Part shown: positions 26,153 through 32,000 of the stretch, piece after piece
Layout: each line of letters starts with the position of its first letter
Numbering within the stretch: position 1 is the first letter of the stretch
The notes under the pieces: generated by a model
Seen by the model: the letters and a program-made list of their open reading frames with translations, nothing else
The model's database searches: none
Told to the model about the DNA's origin: nothing
Position numbers and translations under genes: made by a program
Assembly: GCF_000009965.1 (NCBI RefSeq)
Contig: NC_006624.1
Location: 420,001-452,000, forward strand
Direction: 5' to 3'
Length of the DNA: 32,000 nucleotides
Source: Thermococcus kodakarensis KOD1
Lineage (GTDB): Archaea; Methanobacteriota_B; Thermococci; Thermococcales; Thermococcaceae

Positions 26153-26203
26153 GGAATCTTTCTCTAGAGTCAAGTTTAAAAATTTACCGAATGGGGAGTA
26201 AGG

Positions 26204-28906
26204 TCAAAACGGGTCTTGTGCATCCGCTTTATTTCCCTTCAAAATCCTCTCCCAAACCTTTATTGCGGCCCACTTGTCCAGAAACTCGTTGAAGGTTCCG
26301 CACTTCGGCGAGAGAACGCAGACGGGACAGCCATCCTGGCATTTACACGATTTCAGGTGCTCAAGGCTCTTTTCCATCAGCTTCTCGGCGTTCTCGTAGA
26401 TTATCCCGGCTAGACCAGCGCCGCCCTCGTTGCCGTCGTAGATGAAAACGACCGGCTTTCCAAAATAGGGCGTCCCCGGAAAGCTCTCGTAGCTGTAGCC
26501 GCCGAGCTCCCTGCTGTCCACGTAGGTGAATATCGGCGCTATCTTTATCATGTTGTGCTCTATCGCGTGGAGCGCGCTTCCAATTCCGTCCTTGCTGTCC
26601 ACCATCTTCTTCACGGCGAAGGCGAGTTCCTCATTCTGAATCCCAGCCTTCTGGAGGGCATCACCTATTGCCTTCCTTATTATGAAGCTCGTGGCACCGA
26701 GGTAGAGCGGGAAGAGCTTTCTTCTATCAAGGCTCTCGTATATCTGGAACGCCAAATCCTCAAACCCCTTCTCGGTCGCCCTGCCAAAGAACTCCCTGAA
26801 CTCCTCTTCCGTTAGTTCTCGTATCTCCTCCGGGAAGACGAGCCATATTCCTTCGGTCTCGAACTCCCTGACGTAGGGCTCCTCGAATTCCACTTTCGCG
26901 AACTTCTCCCAGTTGAGTATCGAGAAGTCTTCCTCCGTCTCAACTCTCTCGCCCGTCGCTGGAGAGGAGATTTCGCCTTTGAGTATGCCAGCTTCCTTCA
27001 GCCGTACCAGTTCCTCCACGTAGTTTCCAGTATCGAGCCCCTTCACGGCGAAGCCGGTGTAGACGTGCCTGACGCGGAGCCTTCCGAGACCTATCTCCAC
27101 GCCTTTGTAGGCCTTCTTTGCCCTCTCTTCCAGTATCTCGACTTCTTCCAGCTTCCTCGCGAAGGTCTCAACGTCCCAGAGGCGGTTTAGTTGCTTCGCA
27201 AATACGAAGTGGAACTTTCCGATGCTGAGCCGCTCCATCGCCATGTAGAGCTCTCCCCTTGAGAAGTAGGCCATTCCGGGTAAGAGCGAGCGGTGGTATT
27301 CGTCCTCATCGACTTCTTCAATGATGTGGCCCTTCATCTTGAGCCAGTTTATGAAGTTTAGGAGCTCTCGGAGAGAGGACTTTTCCATCAGCTTCGCCCT
27401 TATCCACGGCTCGTCCTTCACGAGGAAGAAGCTCTCGTCACTGGCAGTTCTCAGCGAGGAGTACTCGAAGGCCGGTCTTCTAACCCTGACCTCAAGCTTC
27501 CCTGTCAGCGGGTTCTTCTTGAGGTCGGCCTTCCTCTCGACCACGAGCTTTTCGGCTATTCTCCTCTCGAACTCGTCCAGCTCGTCCCAGTCAACTATTC
27601 CAAGCTCGGTGAGGAGGTAGTGGAGGTGCTTCTCCGCTATGCGCTCGTTGTCGGTCTTGACCGGCATGTACTCGATGATGCCCTTCTCAAGCCTCTCGAC
27701 GAGCTCATTGAAGTGCTCGCGGTAGTAGTAATCGAGGCCGTTCTTCCTCAAAACAACGCCGTTCAGGGCTTCCCTGTCGGCGCTCCTTCCAGCCCTCCCA
27801 AAGCGCTGGATGAGGGAGAACAGCCCGTCAGGGGGAATGCCGTAGTTTATCACGGCATCGAGGTCACCTATGTCTATCCCGAGTTCGAGGGCGTTCGTAG
27901 TCAGGAGGGCAAGCAATTTCCCATCCCTGAAGTCCCTCTCAACTTCCCATCGGACGTTCTTCGGCAGGGTGCCCTTGTAGGTGGTCACCTTTGAAAAGAC
28001 CGGAGAGTTGAGGAGGAAGCGTAGGGTCTTCTCGGTGCCCTTCCTGCTGTCGAAAAAGACGAGGGTCTTTATCCTCTTACTCACGAGCCTCTCGATTACG
28101 GCCCTTAGGAGCTGTTTATCGCCAAGGTTCTTCGGCTCAAAGAGAACGAGATACCTCCGCGGGAACGGATTGGTTGCATGGGTTATTGGCTCAAACTCCG
28201 TTCTAAAGAGCTTCTCCGCGAACTCCTTTGGGTTCCTCAGCGTGGCGGAGAGGGCTATTATCTGCGGCTTCACTCCAAGGCGCTTGAGCCTGAAGGACAG
28301 ACGCCTGAAGAGCCACGCGGCATTGCTCCCAAAGACCCCGCGGTAGACGTGGAGCTCATCGACGACGAGGTATCGAAGGTTCCTGAGGAGCCACTCGTAC
28401 TCTCTCCATCTTCGTAGGATGTTGTAGTGGAGCATGTCCGGGGTAGTGAAGACCACCCTCGGCCTCTCGCGGAGGAGCCTTCTTCTCTCTTCCCAAGGGA
28501 CGTCCCCCGTTAGAATCTTCGCAGGTACGAGCTTTCCAGTTATGCGGTAGAATGAAAGGTTCGCCCTCTGGAACTTCTCGAGCTGGTTGTTTATGAGCGC
28601 CCGCGTGGGGTAAACGAGGAGGTAGGTCTTCCGCGGATCTAGGAGGTAGGAGTCGAAGATAGCCAGGCGGAAGATTTCGCTCTTCCCGCTGGCCGTTGGC
28701 GTTGTAACGACGATATTTTTTCCAGCGTAGAGCTTTTCCAGGGCCTCAACCTGGTGACGGTAGAGAGAAAAGCCCAGCTCCTCAACGAGGGCGTTTATTT
28801 CTGGGTTTTTGAACGCGAATTCTCCAAACTCACCTTCTCTCGGAGGAAAAACGTGGACTCTCGCGATCTCTGACTTCAGGGGTTTGAGGACTTCAAAGAG
28901 GGACAT
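26204..28906 (-). CDS. SF2 DExH helicase with C-terminal DUF1998 / MZB zinc domain (MrfA/YprA-Hrq1-like)
   Basis: Walker A TPTASGKS, DELH box VVDELHVYRG, SAT, motif VI QRFGRAGR. The C-terminal segment CKCQDGCPVCVLSPKCG is a four-Cys DUF1998 signature. Confidence 0.85.
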   Translation of the reverse strand: MSLFEVLKPLKSEIARVHVFPPREGEFGEFAFKNPEINALVEELGFSLYRHQVEALEKLYAGKNIVVTTPTASGKSEIFRLAIFDSYLLDPRKTYLLVYPTRALINNQLEKFQRANLSFYRITGKLVPAKILTGDVPWEERRRLLRERPRVVFTTPDMLHYNILRRWREYEWLLRNLRYLVVDELHVYRGVFGSNAAWLFRRLSFRLKRLGVKPQIIALSATLRNPKEFAEKLFRTEFEPITHATNPFPRRYLVLFEPKNLGDKQLLRAVIERLVSKRIKTLVFFDSRKGTEKTLRFLLNSPVFSKVTTYKGTLPKNVRWEVERDFRDGKLLALLTTNALELGIDIGDLDAVINYGIPPDGLFSLIQRFGRAGRSADREALNGVVLRKNGLDYYYREHFNELVERLEKGIIEYMPVKTDNERIAEKHLHYLLTELGIVDWDELDEFERRIAEKLVVERKADLKKNPLTGKLEVRVRRPAFEYSSLRTASDESFFLVKDEPWIRAKLMEKSSLRELLNFINWLKMKGHIIEEVDEDEYHRSLLPGMAYFSRGELYMAMERLSIGKFHFVFAKQLNRLWDVETFARKLEEVEILEERAKKAYKGVEIGLGRLRVRHVYTGFAVKGLDTGNYVEELVRLKEAGILKGEISSPATGERVETEEDFSILNWEKFAKVEFEEPYVREFETEGIWLVFPEEIRELTEEEFREFFGRATEKGFEDLAFQIYESLDRRKLFPLYLGATSFIIRKAIGDALQKAGIQNEELAFAVKKMVDSKDGIGSALHAIEHNMIKIAPIFTYVDSRELGGYSYESFPGTPYFGKPVVFIYDGNEGGAGLAGIIYENAEKLMEKSLEHLKSCKCQDGCPVCVLSPKCGTFNEFLDKWAAIKVWERILKGNKADAQDPF

Positions 28907-28951
28907 GGGTTAGAATTGGAACCGCGGTTAAAAAATAAAGCGGTCGGGAAG

Positions 28952-30301
28952 TCACCCCTCAAAGAGCCACAGGACGGCATCTGGGAACCTCTTGCCCCAG
29001 TAGTACTCGTTGTGCTGGGCGCCCTCGTCTATCACGACCTTGAGGTTCACTCCTTCAACATAGCCCTTCTCCTTCAGGATGCTCACCATCTCCTCGTTGC
29101 TCCTGGAGAACGCTCCTGGATCGCTCCCCTCCATAGTGCCCCAGTCGATGTAGATTTTCTCGGGCCCTTTCTCTGCGTTCCTGACGAAGTCGTATATCTC
29201 AGGATTGAACCAGAACGCCGAGCTCATGGCTCCAACGTAGCGGAAGACCTCCGGATATGCAAAGCCTGCATAGACTGCCATCAGCCCGCCGAGGGAAGAG
29301 CCCATTATTCCCGTTTCGTTGGGAACTGTGCGGTAGTGGGAGTCTATGTAGGGCTTTAGCGTCTCGACTATGAAGCGCACCATGGCGTCGCCCTCGCCGC
29401 CCCTTCCGTACTCCTCGTTCACCCAGGGGGCATACTCGTCTATCCTTTTGTCCCCACCGTTGTCGATTCCAACCACTATTATCGAGAATCCCCTCTCGGT
29501 GTAGAGCTTTTCAAGGGCCTCGTCAACACCCCACTCGCCCGCGAAGGAAGTTGCGCTGTCGAAGAGGTTCTGCCCGTCGAACATGTAGAGGACTGGATAG
29601 CTCCTGTTGGTAGTCCCGTAGTCCGGGGGCAGGTAGATCCATATCCTCCTCGTCCGGTTGAGCTGGGGGATGACCATCTTGAAGGTCGTTACGTTGCCCG
29701 TTATCGTGTGTTCGCCCACTCCGACCTCCTCGACGTAGTCGCGCCAGTGGTAAACGGTGAACTCGTAAGTCCCGCTATCTTTGAATACAAACTGCCTGTT
29801 GGGGATTTCCTCCCCGTTTGGGCCTTTTTCAACGGTCTCCCACGAGCCACGGGTGAACTTAAACTCGATGACCTTTCCGTAGGGGAACGTCAGGTTTATT
29901 GCCCACCTGCCGTCGGGGAGCTTCGTGAGCCTGTAGTTTTCGTCTCCTGGGTTCCAGCCGTTGAAGTCGCCCGCTATGTAAACTGCATCGTCTTCGGGGG
30001 TGTAACCTGGAACCGAGACGATGAAGGTAACTGTTATCTCCCTGGATTCTGTTTTTGTTGATGTGCCCCTGGGTGTGGTAGATGTTTCGGAAGAGGAAGA
30101 ACTGGTAGTTTGAGATTGTGTTGAGGATGTTTGACTGGTTTGGTCACCCTGAGTTATGTCAGATCCAGCCCCTTTTTCGGCGGAAGAGGTTGGTGGGCCC
30201 TGAGAGCCTGTTTGTGCTGTACTTGAGTTCTGGCCTACGCATCCGGCTGAAGCTACCATGAGCAGAAAAATCAGAAGGAAGCCTGCAACTTTCATGCTCA
30301 T
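28952..30301 (-). CDS. Secreted lipoprotein esterase (PF00756-like alpha/beta hydrolase) with an N-terminal carbohydrate-binding-like domain
   Basis: Signal peptide plus lipobox MVASAGC. A Ser/Thr-rich linker. YIAGDFNGWNP resembles CBM48/E-set. Nucleophile elbow GSSLGG. Confidence 0.75.
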   Translation of the reverse strand: MSMKVAGFLLIFLLMVASAGCVGQNSSTAQTGSQGPPTSSAEKGAGSDITQGDQTSQTSSTQSQTTSSSSSETSTTPRGTSTKTESREITVTFIVSVPGYTPEDDAVYIAGDFNGWNPGDENYRLTKLPDGRWAINLTFPYGKVIEFKFTRGSWETVEKGPNGEEIPNRQFVFKDSGTYEFTVYHWRDYVEEVGVGEHTITGNVTTFKMVIPQLNRTRRIWIYLPPDYGTTNRSYPVLYMFDGQNLFDSATSFAGEWGVDEALEKLYTERGFSIIVVGIDNGGDKRIDEYAPWVNEEYGRGGEGDAMVRFIVETLKPYIDSHYRTVPNETGIMGSSLGGLMAVYAGFAYPEVFRYVGAMSSAFWFNPEIYDFVRNAEKGPEKIYIDWGTMEGSDPGAFSRSNEEMVSILKEKGYVEGVNLKVVIDEGAQHNEYYWGKRFPDAVLWLFEG

Positions 30302-30450
30302 TTGATCACCTGAAAGGGTTGCCTGCGTAGGTTTTATCTTTTTCCACTGCTCCCCTCTAACGGCGGTTCGGGAAGTTTTGAGGCAGTGTAAAAACAGAGC
30401 GTCAATAAAACTAAACTCGACAATTACGCAATATTTTTATACATCAAAGT

Positions 30451-30460
30451 ACAAATTTGT
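30451..30460. promoter_or_regulatory. 10-bp palindrome ACAAATTTGT between the TATA box and the rubrerythrin start
   Basis: It lies about 10 nt downstream of the TATA ATTTTTATAC (30432-30441) and 28 nt upstream of the ATG. That is an operator-like position. Confidence 0.3.
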
Positions 30461-30487
30461 TGTGACGACTTTTTCAGGTGTCTGCCA

Positions 30488-31003
30488 ATGGTAGTGAAGA
30501 GGGAAATGACCCGGAAGTTTTTGGAGGATGCTTTCGCAGGCGAAAGCATGGCCCACATGAGGTACCTTATCTTCGCCGAGCAGGCCGAGAGGGAAGGACT
30601 TCACAACATAGCCAAGCTCTTCAGGGCTATAGCTCATGCCGAGTTCGTCCACGCTAAGAACCACTTCATAGCCCTCGGCAAGCTTGGGAAGACTCCCGAG
30701 AACCTGCAGATGGGAATAGAGGGCGAGACCTTCGAGGTAGAGGAGATGTATCCTGTTTACAAGAACTCCGCCGAGTTCCAGGAGGAGAAGGACGCGGTGA
30801 GGACGACCCACTACGCCCTTGAGGCTGAGAAGATACACGCAGAGCTCTACAAGAAGGCCAAGGAGAAGGCCGAGAAGGGAGAGGACATCGAGATAAAGAG
30901 GGTCTACATCTGCCCGGTCTGCGGCTACACGGCCGTTGATGAGGCCCCCGAGTACTGCCCCGTCTGCGGCGCCCCGAGGGACAAGTTCGTGGTGTTCGAG
31001 TGA
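30488..31003 (+). CDS. rbr: Rubrerythrin
   Basis: Di-iron four-helix-bundle motifs ESMAHMRY and EFVHAKNH..EGETFE, plus a C-terminal rubredoxin-like CPVCGY...CPVCGAP. Confidence 0.93.
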   Translation: MVVKREMTRKFLEDAFAGESMAHMRYLIFAEQAEREGLHNIAKLFRAIAHAEFVHAKNHFIALGKLGKTPENLQMGIEGETFEVEEMYPVYKNSAEFQEEKDAVRTTHYALEAEKIHAELYKKAKEKAEKGEDIEIKRVYICPVCGYTAVDEAPEYCPVCGAPRDKFVVFE

Positions 31004-31083
31004 ATCTTTCGATTTTCCTTTTCACAGGTTTGAGACGCAAACCTTATAAGGTATGACTAATAACATTAAAGCGGTGAAAGAAA

Positions 31084-31245
31084 ATGGCGAAGTGGAAGTG
31101 CATAGTCTGTGGATACATCTACGATGAGGATGAGGGCGACCCCGACAGCGGGATAGCCCCGGGAACCAAGTTCGAAGACCTTCCGGATGACTGGGTCTGC
31201 CCGCTCTGTGGCGCTCCCAAGGATATGTTTGAGAAGATTGAGTGA
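31084..31245 (+). CDS. rd: Rubredoxin (53 aa; below the ORF-track size cut-off)
   Basis: My own translation is [53 protein letters not shown], which has the canonical CxxCG...CPxCG rubredoxin motifs. A palindromic TATA ACCTTATAAGGT lies upstream. Confidence 0.92.
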   Translation: MAKWKCIVCGYIYDEDEGDPDSGIAPGTKFEDLPDDWVCPLCGAPKDMFEKIE

Positions 31246-31256
31246 GGTGATGGAAG

Positions 31257-31604
31257 ATGCTTAGCCAGACCATAAAGAGTGGAGACTGGAAGGGTGAGAA
31301 GCACGTCCCCGTTATAGAGTACGAGAAGGAGGGCGACCTCGTCAAGGTCGAGGTCTCTGTTGGAAAGGAGATACCGCACCCGAACACCCCCGAGCACCAC
31401 ATAGCTTGGATACAGCTCTGGTTCCACCCGGAGGATGGAGCCTTCCCGATACTCGTCGGTAAGGTTGAGTTCAGCAACCACACCGACCCGCTCACCGAGC
31501 CGAGGGCGGTATTCTTCTTCAGGACACAGAAGAAGGGCAAGCTCTACGCGCTCAGCTACTGCAACATCCACGGCCTCTGGGAGAACGAGGTCACACTTGA
31601 GTGA
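31257..31604 (+). CDS. sor: Superoxide reductase (neelaredoxin-type, 1Fe-SOR)
   Basis: KHVPVIE, HPNTPEHHIAWIQL and CNIHGLWE iron-ligand motifs; 115 aa. Confidence 0.92.
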   Translation: MLSQTIKSGDWKGEKHVPVIEYEKEGDLVKVEVSVGKEIPHPNTPEHHIAWIQLWFHPEDGAFPILVGKVEFSNHTDPLTEPRAVFFFRTQKKGKLYALSYCNIHGLWENEVTLE

Positions 31605-31622
31605 TCTTTTCCGTTTTTATCT

Positions 31623-32000
31623 TTATCCATGTCTTGGAATCTGGAAGGTTACGTTCTCACCTTCAAAGGATACAACGACAGTACTGGCATTTTTCGGTGC
31701 CAAAAACGTCTTCTTTATCGAAACAACACCGTGAGTGTAAAACAGGTTTTCTAGTACTCCCTTTATCTCCTGAATCTGATAATCTGGGGAATATATTTCT
31801 CGTCCATCAACGTAGATTTTAACGTTGCATGGATGTCTTGAATCCACGAGAAGAAGGCTTCCGTCTGGTCTAGGTTTGTATTTCACGTCTCCACACGTTC
31901 TAGGGACATACACAAGCTCAAGTTCTATGCCATGGTCATAAAAGTTTCCATAGAGTGCAACTTTTTGATCTTTCTTTATGATCTCAAAGTCGTAATCGGG
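31623..32000 (-). CDS. Hypothetical protein, 3' part (the ORF stays open to the window edge)
   Basis: The minus-strand frame has no stop from 32000 down to the stop at 31623. The sequence is beta-rich and the DNA is lower in GC than its neighbours. I recognise no motif. Confidence 0.45.
   Translation of the reverse strand, partial: PDYDFEIIKKDQKVALYGNFYDHGIELELVYVPRTCGDVKYKPRPDGSLLLVDSRHPCNVKIYVDGREIYSPDYQIQEIKGVLENLFYTHGVVSIKKTFLAPKNASTVVVSFEGENVTFQIPRHG

Overview
This is a 32 kb chromosomal window that looks like a Thermococcales (Thermococcus/Pyrococcus-like) genome. The supporting signals are about 52-55% GC in genes, GGTGA/GGAGG Shine-Dalgarno sites, TTTATAAA-type TATA boxes, CCA-encoded tRNAs and a rubrerythrin-rubredoxin-superoxide reductase cluster. 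Most of it is densely packed housekeeping DNA: aspS 3' end, M20 amidohydrolase, tRNA-Ala/tRNA-Val, Trm5, TldD/PmbA, aspartate racemase, CorA, an Obg-like GTPase, UbiX, DacZ-type diadenylate cyclase, pyruvate kinase, archaemetzincin, CrcB, CoaBC, a YigZ/IMPACT protein, a DUF1998 helicase and a secreted esterase. The accessory part is a low-GC stretch just downstream of tRNA-Val (about 4320-6720). It holds a complete TnpB-only IS200/IS605-type element (4922-6376) whose ends I could map to the nucleotide. That mapping gives a predicted omega-RNA guide and a TTAC TAM. The element has split a small membrane-protein gene in frame. A 45-nt single-hairpin derivative of the same element sits at 2794-2838. 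An unexplained 440-nt non-coding block between tRNA-Val and the split gene carries a 14-bp inverted repeat with crRNA-tag-like sequence and four tandem perfect hairpins. Other points worth a second look:
- A DUF4258/DUF2283 toxin-antitoxin-like pair is translationally coupled inside the tldD-pmbA protease operon.
- DacZ lies next to pyruvate kinase.
- A structured GC-rich leader precedes the gene at 20585.
- A perfect 20-bp palindromic operator overlaps the start of a COG1373 ATPase-nuclease gene.
- A rubredoxin gene is missing from the ORF track.
All family assignments come from motif recognition by eye. No database or folding computation was run.
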